NCBI RefSeq assembly: GCF_006345805.1
Contig: NC_043009.1
Location: 35,154,001-35,218,000, forward strand
Length of the DNA stretch: 64,000 nucleotides
From: Octopus sinensis
Lineage: Eukaryota
Reading direction: 5' to 3'
In this document: piece after piece, positions 1-12,848 of the stretch
Numbering within the stretch: the stretch's first letter is position 1
How the letters are laid out: each line of letters opens with the position of its first letter
Notes under the pieces: model-generated
What the model was told of the DNA's origin: nothing
Database searches by the model: none
The model's input: only the letters and a program-made list of their open reading frames with translations
Program-made: the position numbers and the translations under genes

Positions 1-819
1 TAGGTCTCTAATCATAGATCAACCAGATTAGCGACGATTTGGTGCTACATAAAAAAAATATAAATAAAGATCAGCACCTGCATAAATTACCTGAGAGACT
101 AAAGAAAAAGTTGTTTGAATTCTCCTGTTTACATAAATTAACTATTTCTTCACTTTACAACATATTTATAGGTATATGGGTGGGACGAGCGAAGGTACTC
201 AAAATATGTGACGAAGTAGTCACAATTAGACAGGTATTACGAGTTGTTAAACGACTAGGAAATCTAGAAAACTATTCAGAGAAACTGCTTTAATTATCAT
301 CGAATCAGATAAAGTATTTAGAAATTATCAAGGGATTAAACACATCACATGGAATCAAGAAATATCAAGAGATAATTAAGAAAATTAAATGTTTCTTGAT
401 TAAAGATTGAAGTGAACAACGCCTCGCACACAGACACTCATATTCAATTATAGGCATTTCTCTCTATCTCTCTGTCTGTCTATCTCTGTCTCTCTGTATG
501 CCTGTCTCTATCTCTCCCCCTCTATCATGCTGATACCCCCTCACACCCTGTCATCTTGCTTGCTTTTCTGTTTCTCAAACACGAACGGACACCAACCCGA
601 AATAATGATAATAATAATTGGAATGCTCACTCGGACAAGATTATGTCAAGATTGTGGCTAAATATTTCTCTCAGCCATATACAACCCTTTCTTATTTATT
701 TCTCTCACAATGTAACACCATCATGGAGAAGGGAAAAAGAGAGTGAGTTAATTATTAAAGACCTAACTATTGCGAGTTACAATTACTCTGGAAGTTATTA
801 ACTTGCCTCATAGCAGATG

Positions 820-1884
820 AATAATTAACTTTCTGAAGGTGGCATATTGTCAGAGGAAACCCCAAGGACGTTTATAATGGTTTGTACATTAGGAGATGGC
901 GCTCCAGCTTTATGAAGGGTTAAAAAATGGGCAGCAGAATTTAGGAGGCGAAAAGGATGATCTTGAAGATAATCCAAATTTTGGACGTCCTCCAACTGCC
1001 ACTACCGAGGAAACATTGATCGTGTTCACCACATGCTGATGACTGACAGGCGATTGCCTATAAAACGAATAGCCAATACTATAAGCATATACTGTGGGAT
1101 TGGTATGACGAAGGTTTCAGCTGCTTGGGTGCCACGTCTTCAGGCACCTGATCAAAAGCGCACCAGGCTGATCACATCACGGGAAATCTGACGTCGTTTG
1201 AAGCAGATCAAGCTGGCTACCGTTACTATTCACTAACCCAGGATGGGTTTTGGGTTCATTATTTTGTGCTTGAGACAAAGAGACAATCCATGCAGTGGAA
1301 ACACTTCTCTCAACTGCTTCGAAGAAGGCCGAGGTCGTTTCATCTGCTGAGAAGGTGATGTTTCAGTTTTTTAAGGATGCAAAGTGCATTGTGTTCATTG
1401 ACTATCTTCAGAAGGATCACAGCATCAGTGGAGAGTATTATGCCAACTTATTGAGGCAGTTACGAAAGGCTATCAAGACCAAATGCCCAGGAAAACTGAG
1501 GAGAGGGTCTTTTTTCATTAAGACAATGCTCCGGTACACAAATCCACAAGTCCTTGCTTCAATGGTCGATGTGCATAACTATTGCTTTGAACTGGTTGAT
1601 GACCATTCCTATTCTGATTTGGCCTCATCTGAATATCATCTGTTCCCCGACACGAAAACAAACTCAGCCAGTAACCAGTATCGCAGTGATGAAGATATCA
1701 TATTTGCTGTTAATGAAGTTTTTGACCAACAGGATGAAAGCTTCACCAATACGATCAAAGCAATGTGACATCGATGGAGAAGTGTGTGGACTGCTAGTGA
1801 GACTATGTTGAAAAATAAACCTCATTTGGTCATATTCCATGAGAATATCTTGGTCAGCCTATGACTTTTTCAGTCGACTCTCGT
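820..1884 (+). mobile_element. Decayed mariner (Tc1/mariner) element, 5'-truncated, with right TIR
   Basis: Frameshifted transposase motifs (WVPRL-like ~1126, MQWK at 1289, ORF 1295-1768 with CIVFIDYLQK and YSDLASSEYHLF). The 3' end ...GGTCAGCCTATGACTTTTTCAGTCGACTCTCGT matches the end of the copy at 55023-56208. Confidence 0.85.
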
Positions 1885-2559
1885 GGACTGCAAGAATAGA
1901 TACGATAATTTTTCACACTGTTGGATCTTGGAGTGCCTGAGGACGCTGGGGGTTAATAAGAAGATATAAACATTTTATTGTGTATTTATTGTCGTTAGCA
2001 AGGAGGACTGAGGTACGTAGACTAAACTGTTTGCAATCTGACTCGTAACGAAACATTTCATAGAAAGCGTGAATTGAAATGACAGTAGATGTCTGTCAGT
2101 TCTCAGAATATTCAGTCAGTAATTTCACTTTCAGTTCACTTGCAGGAAATTAATTCATCGCTTCAGAGTGGACAATAAAATAAAAGTTTGTCATCTTGTA
2201 ATTTGAACTTTAAAATTAGGTGGGACAAAAGTGTACACTGTAAATGCAGTAAACTGCTTCTGTACAGGATCTGTCAAATAAACTAACTTCAGTTGCCACT
2301 CAACAGCTATGGATAGATTCTACACTGCTGGAAAATATACACAGCTGTATCGATCACAGTATGTCCTTGGTAAAAAATTTCTACTACCACCGATAGAGAT
2401 GTGTGTAATTAAAGAATCAGTTTTATAGTTTTTCTTGTTTATCCTTATGCCAGATTTTATGAGAAAACATATAATCAATACCATTTTACCGTTCATGATA
2501 TTGTATTTCATCTCGCAATATATACATTGAACTACATTTTCCAGTGTTGTATTTCATGT

Positions 2560-3310
2560 CCTCAATAAAGAAAGCTACAATTTGCGACACGAGCTGTAGT
2601 TAGAGGGTACTGGTTTCCAGAAAGAACACTACTTGGTCACCAACTCGGACTTGGTGTTGCAGGCAGAGCGCTTGGTGTGCTTCTCAAGCGACACCACGCA
2701 TCGAGATCCATGCAATTAGAATCAGGGGAATTAGGAGGCCAGAAATTAGGGGTAGTGGAGACGCAGATATTCTCCGACAACCATTCTGACAATTTTCGAA
2801 GGTATCGCAAGGAGCGGAATCCTCCTTCCACACATATGGCCCTCCAGTATCAATCCTCTTCACTCAGGATTTGATCACAGTCACAACTACCTTCACATAG
2901 AGACCTTAATTGAATGTAAGTCTCAATTCAAAGATGTCATCCTCACTGGAAACACACACAAAGACCATCACAGTTTGGGGGAACTTGATGATTTTCATGA
3001 TACGTCGACATCAAATGGATTGCGTGCAAACAAACCTGTTGTTTTAGGTGTTGTGTGACTGGCCCTGACAGAAACTCCTTTCATCTGAAAAGAACCAGAT
3101 CATTCCCAGCTCAAAAAGATGCCTCAACTTGTTTAGCTTATTTGCCTTCGTCAGTACTCTTTGGCTTTGTCTGTCAGAATTTGTCCCTTGCACTTCTTGT
3201 AAGTGTGGTACCTAAAGTCTTTATTTAGGGCCAGCTTCATGGTGGCAACTGTGCACCTGTCGCTCTGCCCAAAGCCCGGATTTCCTTGCTCGGAACTTCC
3301 ATCACCCTAT
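2560..3310 (-). mobile_element. Tc1/mariner-superfamily transposase relic (maT/DD37D-like motifs)
   Basis: Minus-strand fragments MIWFFSDE (~3077-3103), DSAPCDT (~2801-2828) and TPNFWPPNSPDSNCMD (ORF 2637-2831). Frameshifts prevent counting the D-D spacing. Confidence 0.7.
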
Positions 3311-3404
3311 TCTGCATTTCGTGGGAGAATTCTGGCGTGCGAACGCAGTTAGGACGTCTGCTATGTTCCTTCTCGCTGGCCACTGTTTTGTAGTCTCCGT
3401 TGCC

Positions 3405-3520
3405 GCTGCCATGTTACTCTCCATTGCTGGTGTTCCCGTGCCAACCCCACTGCATCCTTCAAGATGACGTTGAGCCTCTGCAGATCCTCCCCAATCACGT
3501 CCAGCCACCTCCTGCTACAT
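3405..3520 (-). mobile_element. RTE-like LINE C-terminal fragment
   Basis: Translates as RRWLDVIGEDLQRLNVILKDAVGLAREHQQWR, resembling the RTE/CR1-type ORF C-terminus. Confidence 0.5.
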
Positions 3521-4114
3521 CATCCAACCAATACTTTACTCACTCCGTCTACTTCTGAAATATATATATCATCTTGGATAAGTTCGATTTATCAATGCTG
3601 TTCTATCAATAAAATAAGGCTTAAAAACAAGCATTGAGATCAGAAAAAATTATTGGAATTTTGCTTATGTAAAAAAAATATTTTTGAACTCATCACGTAT
3701 ATCTGCTTCGAAAGTAAACACCATAATACGAATTTACATCATATCAGAGAAGACAGTGCTTTTAAGTACACGGTCACACGCAACACGACATGATGTTGTA
3801 CAGGGTCATATTTATCGCCCAGACATTAGAAGTAGAATATCAAAATTCTCTCCGGAATATATTTTACTTTCTGTCTCTTAAGTCAATAGTTACGAGACCC
3901 TTATATTAACGACTGATTTATGGATATTTGCTTTAGTTTTGGTATTGATTAATTATTCAGACGTTTAGTCATCTCTTGTTTGCAGTCGATAATGTATTTA
4001 TAAAGATGTTTTAGCTGCAGAAAATAACTTTGGAACTTCACTGTGCATACATAAGAAATAATACGAAGGTTAAATGTCCGAATGCAATTTGGTAGTTCTT
4101 CGATATATTGAGGA

Positions 4115-4446
4115 GATCCCCTTTGATCATGAACGACCATAGGTTTGCACCTAGAAAGTTACCCTCCGGGGCACAAGTCTAGGTAAGATTGTTTCTGGAA
4201 GGCTAGTAGTCGCCCATGCATACCAGCCTTCCCTCTCCACACCACCGATGTTATCCAAGGGAAAGGCAAAGGCCGATACAGCTTGGCACCAGTGATGCCA
4301 CAACTAATTTCTACAGCTATGTTAACTGAAGTAACGTGAAATAGTGTCTTGCTCAAGAACACAACACGCAGCCCGGTCCGGGAATCGAACTCACAACCTT
4401 ACTATCGTAAGCTCGACGCTCTAACCACTGAGCCACGCGCCTTCAC
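4115..4446 (-). mobile_element. tRNA-derived SINE (family C here)
   Basis: Minus-strand head GGCGCGTGGCTCAGTGGTTAGAGCG...GAGTTCGATTCCC (A and B boxes) followed by GTGTTCTTGAGCAAGACAC and a ~250-bp body. Confidence 0.85.
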
Positions 4447-6729
4447 ATTGTATTGTTGATTTGTAATATAAGAGAACTGTATATTTCCGTGATACGTATA
4501 AAAGATTTTCTCTTCAAACATCTATTTGACAAAATCATGTTATCTTTTTTTCATTTTCTTTCTCGTAATGACAAGAGACGGAGCAATATGAAAACTTTAT
4601 GAAGATTACCAGGAAAAAACTTTCGGTGATGAAATAATAATTTATAGTGGACTCTTATGTTAGCTGGCATAATGGCAACATTCGTATGAAATTAGTGTGT
4701 GAAGTGGTTGAGTAATTCACAGACTTGTATAATCTTTGTATGATTCTCAAGTGGAATCATTGATATACAAGTATGACAAGGTTCGATTTTGGAATTAAGG
4801 TACAGTTCACCCGACTGCTTCTACAGATTGGTTTACCATCTTCACCCATAAGGTTCAGGTCAAGATTGACCCGAGTCTATGATAAATGGATCTGCTTAAG
4901 ATATGGTCCGCATTTAACTCGAACTTAAAACCTTCGTTTTAGAAGCAAATTTCCCTTGCCTGTATCCACAATACTCTGTAAGATTATATAAATATATTTA
5001 TGACAATTATATTGTTGTGTAGCTCCATGCTACTGATCAACTTCGATTGAAGACTCACGTGATCAAAGATTTTAGAGGTATGATAATTGTATTGTAGTTT
5101 CAAGGGCTTACCATTCAAAATGTACATTCTTTTGTAAATAATGTAGATGGAGACTGAATTTATATACTGTTGTTTGATTTAAGCTAATTCCTAATCGAGC
5201 AAGCCGACGAATTTAGGCTTCTGGAAGTAAAAATCTCGTCTTTTCTTAATATTCAATATCTGTATGTAAAGATCTCATCAATCTGGAACATTTCACTAAC
5301 TACAAAACAACTTTAATCATAATTACCTATCTAATTAGTACTACTCAGTTTTCCGTATCCACATTTAATATTGTCTTTCGTTAAACCCTTAAATTATACG
5401 TGATATTGCAACATTTATTTTCTCTCTAAAATTCCTTAGCGATATTAAAGAAAATACCTTCAGATGTCACTACACCGGGAATCGATTCGCTAAATCCAGT
5501 TAACGGAAGCTTTTCCTCTTTATTAGGAAACGAAACTCTTCCGTTGACTCGATCTAGAATCACTGATTGCCAATGAAAAGATCACAACGAAGTCGGCTTC
5601 CACGTTCCGACCTTCTCGTATACATTTACTTGTGTTATCAATGAAAGTATTTAGAATAGTGATGTAATATCGACACAATCATCTCCAAATAAAGAATTAT
5701 GTCACTGACTATCGTATGACATTTTAAGTAACATACTATTATTTCAATGAAGTTTATCATGGTTAATGTAAAGAAAATGTGGTTGCTGTTGTGTTGGAGT
5801 GAAAAACGTCTGAATAAGGCTGACAATAATTTCGAAGTGTTTATGTCAATTGGATTTGACATCTTGTGGTTAATGGAGAGATTTTCAATAGCATCTGACA
5901 TAAGGATCAGTTAAACGTTTCCGTCACTACTGAACATTCACAGAGCAACTGTAGAACATTTGGCTAAGCATTATTCATAGCCACATTCTATGTTTTTTGT
6001 ATAGAATTGGGTGACTGAACTGGGAAACTAAATTTAGAATTCTAAAACGTAATACTACTTCGAATACTCATTGCTATTCACTGAATTTTAGAATAAACTA
6101 TTGCAACCGTCACCAAAAACAGATCCTCATTATACCAAATTTTTCTTCAGGCGTATAATGAATATTCGGAAGAAATTCGTCTATGACCAGAATTAAACAA
6201 TATAATGAATTGAATCTGACATTCTTCTGCTTCTTGTAACTGAAAGCCCAAGAGAAGCAAGTTCTAAAGTTTATTTCCCACTTAAAGTCCGTATTTATAA
6301 TTGGATGGTATTATCAATTCATTCGATTACAGTATATACTCATACGTATATATCATAATCAACAAAGAAATTTAAAAGAGATTCTGCATTCAGTCCAATA
6401 GCTCAACAGCAAAGAGTAATTGCTTGGGGGTCGCAATGCCAAAGTTCCTCGTTGTATAAAAGCAGAGTAGTGTTCGTTCTTTTTTTTCCCACCTATGCAC
6501 AACCTACACCAATGTAACTATATATCAAATATACTAATGGATCAATTAATATTTAGTGTACAAACATAAAAATGGTGAAAATTATATTAGATTAAATTAA
6601 TGTAATCATTGTGAATTAATTGTATACTATTTTATTCTCCCTTCAGAATAGACATTTTTCTTAAAAGTAAATACTCATTGACCACAATAGATCACATCCT
6701 GTAATTATTTGGCTAGAATGCTGAAGGTA

Positions 6730-8019
6730 CGAGGGGCGTTCAATAAGTAATGCCCCTGATCCACTTCCCATAGCAGTAGAGCAACGAAACTTGGCACAGT
6801 TATTAGTCTTTTTCTACATAGGAACCATCCAGAGTTATGCATTTCTCCCATCGTTTGATGCAGCTCTGGGGACCGTTTTTGTAGAAGACCCCAGCTTGGT
6901 CCTCCAACCACGACGTGACTTCAGAAATCAAGGCTGCATCATCTGGGAAACGCTTTCCTTTCAAAAACAACTTCTTGGCTGGGAAGAGGTGAAAATCAGA
7001 GGGTGCAAGGTCAGGTGAGTAGGGGGGGAGGAGTTCATAGCCGCACGCCTGTGCTTCTGATCTGGCGACACGCGAGTTGTGGACTGGAGCGTTGTCCTGC
7101 AGGAGGAGGATGCCTTTGCTGATCTTGCCCCGCCTCTTGATTTTGATAGCTTCTCTTAATTTCCTCAAAAGTGAAGCATAATAGGCTCCTGTAATTGTGG
7201 TACCCTTTGCCAGGAAATCTGTCATCACTACTCCGTCCTGGTCCCAGAAGACTGTGAGCATGACCTTGCCACTGGAGGGCTGCACCCTTGCCTTCTTTGG
7301 AGGAGGTGACTCATGGTGCTTCCACTACATTGACTGGGCTTTGGTCTCTGGTTCATAGTGATGGACCCAGCTTTCATCCTGTGTAATCAGTCATTTGAAA
7401 AATTTGGACTCATCTTCTTGACACATCTCCAAATACATCCTCGAGCACTCGGCGCGTTCTTGCTTCTGGAAAGGTGTGAGCAACCGGGGAATCCATCTGG
7501 CAGACACCTTTTGCATATGCAAATGGTCATGAATGATAGTTTCCGCAGACCCGGTACTAACCTTGATCTCATAGGCTATTTGGCGAATAGTTATGCATCA
7601 ATCTTCCAAAATGGCAGCCTCAACTTGACGGACAGATGCCTCATCAATGGCAGAAGGTGGGGGGCGACCAGATCTGGGAGCTGTTTCCACAGAATTCCGA
7701 CCATGTTTGAATTCACGATGCCAGCGTTTTACAAGGTTATATGATGGGGCATCATCACCATAAGTTACTTTCATTTCATCAAAAGTCTCCCGTGGTGTGC
7801 GTCCTTTCAAATACAAAAACCGGATCACTGCTCGACACTCAACAGTCTCCATTTCACACTTGACTCAGTTCAAACACCTGTAAATCAGAAACCACAATTA
7901 GTTCAGAGCTGTAATTTGCCACTTAATCTGTAGAGATATAAATAATTGTACATGCAAACTTTCAGCTAGATCAAACAACTGCAAGTGGGTCAGGGGCATT
8001 ACTTATTGAACGTCCCTCA
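6730..8019 (-). mobile_element. Full-length 1290-bp mariner with 37-bp TIRs and TA TSD (irritans-like termini)
   Basis: Left TIR CGAGGGGCGTTCAATAAGTAATGCCCCTGATCCACTT (6730-6766) and right TIR 7983-8019 differ at 3 positions; TA at 6728-6729 and 8020-8021. Confidence 0.97.
6803..7852 (-). pseudogene. Mariner transposase pseudogene: one 350-codon frame with three premature stops
   Basis: ORFs 7598-7852 and 6803-7285 share a frame. Motifs RSGRP, WIPRLLT, TQDESW, LQDNAPVH, YSPDLAPSDFHLF. Stops at 7598-7600 (TGA), 7391-7393 (TGA), 7325-7327 (TAG). Confidence 0.95.
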
Positions 8020-8894
8020 TAAGAGTCGCTCACCACTGTTAAATCAGCAAATTGCTCAAACTCTGGGGATGTAGCCACGAAACAGAAGTGTGATTTCCAC
8101 TGCCCACATGTAGATGGGCTAATCATATATAAATGAACATTGCAGTAATCGACTGGATCGATAACATAGTCAGATCAATTAAGGAACGAAGGTAGAAACA
8201 AATCAACAAAATTAAGAGAATCGAATATAATTTACTGAGCAAGTCTAACAAGAACAGGACACCAATTAACACCAGTTGGTTTCAAAGTCAACCTCATCTG
8301 CATCTACATCGCATTTAGCACAAATGATATTAGTGACCTACTTTCATCTGAGAACGTGTGTTGAAATCGAAACAATTACAGAGTGTAAGACAAATATTAG
8401 CCATTCAAAAACACAAAGACTGTTAACTTCACTTCATCATTGGCGTTAAGAGTCTTTCGGTGCTTTTGAATGGCACTTACGTGTTTTTCACGCTATTATT
8501 GTGATAGTGGTGCTATCTCGTTTGTATCTTTGTTTTTAGAATCTTTAAAGCCTCCGTTTGGCAGTTTGTCTTTTTTAATTGCATAGACAATCTCAGGTGT
8601 GTGAGGTTTTGCTTTCCCTATATCAGGTATAGGAATGTTATCCTATGTATATTTAGCATTTAGAACGTTCATCTGAGGTATGTTCTCTAAGGTATACGTT
8701 CAGATTCATACTGAGAGTCACTATTGTTTATTTCTATGCATATAACATACACTTTGTTTTGCCAAGCAAGTAGAATAAACTTCACTGAAACATGTCTTTT
8801 GGTTTCACAATTTGACTTTAAAATTTTCGGTCTGCGTCGTCTTTGATGAGCAAAACTTTTTGTTAACTAGTTCTACTGAAGTTATCTACGACGA

Positions 8895-9690
8895 AAAGGA
8901 AGAAGAACTAGGATTCAAACTGCATAGGTAAAGAGGTAGACGGCATCAAGCAGTGACAGGGAATGACTTAGGCTATGCTGATGACCTGGTATTACTAACA
9001 GAGAGGACAGATCAAGCACAGCAGATTAGAGCAGGAATCGGGGAAGGTAGGGTTGTACTGTAAACCAAAGAAAACAGAGCTGCAAGTATTCAACCACGAA
9101 ATGCCTGTGTCAGTGAAAGAGATGGTAAGTCACTGAAGGTAGTGGAAAATTTCAAATACCTTGGTGCATGGACACAGAGTACTGAAAAAGACATCGTAGC
9201 AAAGAAAGCTCTTGCCTGGAGCACATACCACAAATTGAGAAAGGTATGGAGTTCAAAGTTAGCAAAGAAATTGAAAGTGAGGTTGTTTCTGGCAACAGTG
9301 GGGACTGTTCTTCTCTCCGGGGCATTGAAGAAGCAGTTGGATGGTTGTTATACGAGGATGCTTAGAATGGCATTTAATGTCTCCTGAAAGACCCATACAA
9401 CAAACGCCGACTTATACTGGGGACTACCAAAGTAACTCTGAAGATACAGCATAGAAGGATGAAGCTAGCTGGACACTGAATCAGATATAACGATTAAATT
9501 GCTAACAAGTTAGTGCTATGGCAACTATCCGAAGGAAAAACCAGGAAAGGAAGGCGGAAGACGACCTATACCGACAACTTGCTGGAGGATTCTGGTATGG
9601 AAGGCGTATAGGAGCTGAGAACCATTATGGAAGATCGAGATGAGTGAAGAAAACGCATAGAAAAGTCTTGGGGCGTCGTGAAGGACGACT
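8895..9690 (+). mobile_element. RTE-clade LINE, 5'-truncated, decayed RT C-terminal half
   Basis: GYADDLVLL (~8972), ENFKYLGAW, LDGCYTRMLR, RRMKLAGH, GKTRKGRRK; stops and frameshifts present. Confidence 0.9.
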
Positions 9691-10748
9691 TAGATATATT
9701 TTTATTCTGCATGTTGTAACACTTTTTAAATTGTATACGCCACCAAGAGTATATATTTTATTTATTTCATAGATACTCTCAGTTAATCGGTTTTCTACAC
9801 ATTATGTTGCACATGTGAGATCCTACCGTAAGTCTTCGGTATGAAGAACGCTTGCCTGAGATATTCTACCGCAGCTATATTGTTAATCAGAAAATTTGGG
9901 AATTCTTAAACTGATCAAATACCGAAATTTCTGAATTATTGATTTTGGCATTCAGATTCTGGAAGCCGGTCTACTGACATCTATTTGGCATGAAATTTGT
10001 TCACTTTCCACTTACATTGAAATGGTATTTACAGACCGTCGAAACAAAATGATTTAGGTCAATTTTATTATCACGTGATTTATCAACGTGTAATGAAGGC
10101 TAATCTCTCATCTTTTCATCAGAGATAATAATCTAATACCATTAGCACTTAAGTATATATATATATATATCTACGTTAATCGGCATATAGTCTATCTACA
10201 TGAAAAATATATATCTATGTATTGCAAATTCCGCTTCGTTTCAGAATTGATATGCTGTTTTTCGTAATCTTATTTTAAACACTTAAGAAGCTATTCTATA
10301 AAAGTTAGAACCGTCCCTGGAGCGATTAACATATACGTTTATAACTAAACGGAATACTAATCGAGAAAAACCTTAAACGTTTCAGCTGGTCGTGTACCAT
10401 TAACTCGCGCCCCTGTACAACAAAGGCATAAAAGGAGATAATGTTTATTCATTATAACAGAGCATCCGCTAGCTCACGTATGCATCCAGCAAATTCAAAA
10501 AGATGAAACACCTGAGATAGCAAGACATCATTGAAATGATACAACAATAGAAACTCTCGCTCAGCCAGTTGGAAACAATTCGAATTGCACTTTTCTGTCT
10601 TAACAAGATGAAGAACACATAACATAGTTTATTCCCAAATGCATAAGATTTGAAAAAATGATAGAATGACCACTGCTGGAAATAAGTTGGCTACGGGTGT
10701 GACTGATCAAGGCTAATCTGGGGCCCAAACAAAAGCTGAAGCCACAAC

Positions 10749-10850
10749 AGCAGCAAGAAGAAGAAGAAGAAGAAGAAGAAGAAGAAGAAGAAGAAGAAGA
10801 AGAAGAAGAAGAAGAAGAAGAAAAACTACAACAACAACAATAGCAATAAC
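10749..10850. repeat. (GAA)n microsatellite with CAG/CAA flanks
   Basis: Over 20 consecutive GAA units; source of the spurious poly-S ORF 10600-10926. Confidence 0.95.
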
Positions 10851-11327
10851 AACATATCAAATAGATTTCACGAAGATTTTTGTTTCGCAGATTGTTAAAG
10901 AACGGTGTATTATGAGAGATTTCCATGGGAAAATGTGTTCTACGAGTTTCTCGGTGTTACGCAGTTTAGAAATATGATGCTCTGGATAAAAATATATATA
11001 CATTGCAATTTTTATCCAGAAGTCAGTCTTAAAGAGAAACAAGCAAAAATCCTGGCTGTTCAATTTGTTACCGAGCTCTCCTCCTCAATGGGAACTGTTT
11101 GCAGCTGGTGATCAATTTCCCTTTTCATAGACACTGTAGGATGATATGTGAGAACACATGCCAGACCGAATTTCCGTTGCTGTCTATAATATTACAATGT
11201 AGCAGTTTGATATACGTCATTTTTCGACGAATCGCAGTTTGAAGGGATGTGTTTCAAACAGGACCAAACTATTTATTTCTGAAGCCTCTTGGATTAAACT
11301 GTCTGTCTAATTTCCTTAAGACAGTAA

Positions 11328-11511
11328 ATATGTGTTGTGTCTGGGGTGAGTCATTTTCTTTTTGTGCCTTGTAATGTAACACACTCACCGGTAAAATTTC
11401 CACATATTTCTTATTTAAAAAAATTAAAAAATTAAAAAAATTTTTACCAGTGAGTGTGTTACATTATAAGGCACAAAAATAAAATGACTCTCTCCAGACA
11501 CAACAGAATAT
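11328..11511. mobile_element. MITE-like fold-back element (~180 bp)
   Basis: Arms TGTTGTGTCTGG...GTAATGTAACACACTCACCGGTAAAA (11333-11397) and TTTTACCAGTGAGTGTGTTACATT...CCAGACACAACA (11442-11505) are near-perfect inverted repeats around an A/T spacer. Confidence 0.8.
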
Positions 11512-12669
11512 GCTTCAACACACGAACTCATATAAAGAATCTTGTAAACCAAATTCAAAAACGAAGTATATATGTGGTCTGAAGGAACGTGAGCTGCTAT
11601 TTCTAACATATTTAACAACTACGTAGAATCTCCGTTATTAGATTGATTTCTTTTAGATTATCATATCCCTTTACAAATACTAAATTGCCAAATACAATAA
11701 TTTACATATAATTGATATATCTGATTAACTACCTTATCTTACAATTGTCTTATGGCTACATTTCTAGTTTGTTATATTTCATATTGATATAGTTTTCTGC
11801 TCAACCAATATCAAAAAAAAAAAAATTAAATTAGATAGGGTGTGAAGGTGAGTAACTTTTCACCTTACATTACTCATGCGGCACAGACACTCGTAGTTCT
11901 TATGTTGTAGAAGAAGTATGCGAAAATATTAATGTGATGTGTAATAGACAGAGAAAACACGTCGCCATCGCCTTTTCTGTCTTCAAAACAGGGAATTAAT
12001 TAATATACTTACTGAAGTATATTGGAATGCTTCAAGAATCTGCAGTTTTAAAGTTTTCGAAAGCCAAAATGACATTTGGGACTACGCAATGGTTTCTATA
12101 TAATTCAGCTAAATGACGTTTATTGATTGCTACTGAAAATTCTGCTTTTACTCTTCATGTTTAACGCTAGATGAAACCTTCCCGTATCGAGTTACGATAA
12201 AAGGTATTAGAGAATTCAACAGTTATTGTTTGGTATTTCTTTCGACGCACCATTTAACGAGGAAGCACAATTTTTTGTGACAGCAAAGTTTTATTTCATT
12301 GAGACTAGGTTGCGATTTCTAACAGACCGAGGGATTCGGGAGAAGCTTATTTCTTTTGTCTCATTAAACATTTAGGAGAGAGAAGAGGCTATAAAATATG
12401 TGCTTTAGTGCGCGCACACACGCATACATACAAACATACACACATATATAATTATGTATGTATGTATCTCTCTCTCTCTCTCTCTCCCTATCTCTCTCTA
12501 TCTCTATATATATATACATTTATTTATGTGTGTGTATATATATGCATGTATGTATGCAATTATGAACAAGGAGAATCGTATGAGAAAGACCTTTTATTAT
12601 AAGAATCTACAATTATTTTGCAATATGATGCAGTATTGGTTTCAAAGTTTGCCACCAGGCCAGAAATGT

Positions 12670-12848
12670 CGTGGATAAGGGATTAGTCGATTCCATCGAT
12701 CCATGCGTTCAACTGGTACTTTTTTTATCGACGCCGGAGAGGTGGAAGGCAAAGTCGACCTCGTCGGAACTTGAACTCATTGGGTAAAGACGAACGAAAT
12801 ACCGCTGAGAATACCCGGCGTGCTGATGATTCAGCCAGCTCGCCGACT
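12670..12848 (-). mobile_element. SINE family A copy (decayed)
   Basis: Matches the family core GGCGAGCTGGC...GAGTTCAAATTCCGCCGAGGTCGACTTTGCC seen at 36552. Confidence 0.85.

Noticed and set aside
3120-3160. CTGACGAAGGCAAATAAGCT-AAAC on the minus strand, resembling an HHR
   Set aside because: It lacks G12 and any stem I pairing, and lies within the Tc1-like transposase coding relic.
4380-4446. tRNA-like heads here and at 13972, 32760, 41360
   Set aside because: They run into SINE bodies and lack a closing acceptor stem, so they are not tRNA genes.
8030-8800. Possible PLE relic and HHR remnants (IDW-like frame; CTGAGA...GAAAC motifs at ~8353 and ~8711-8796)
   Set aside because: The core lacks a nucleotide and the helices are weak; too decayed to support.
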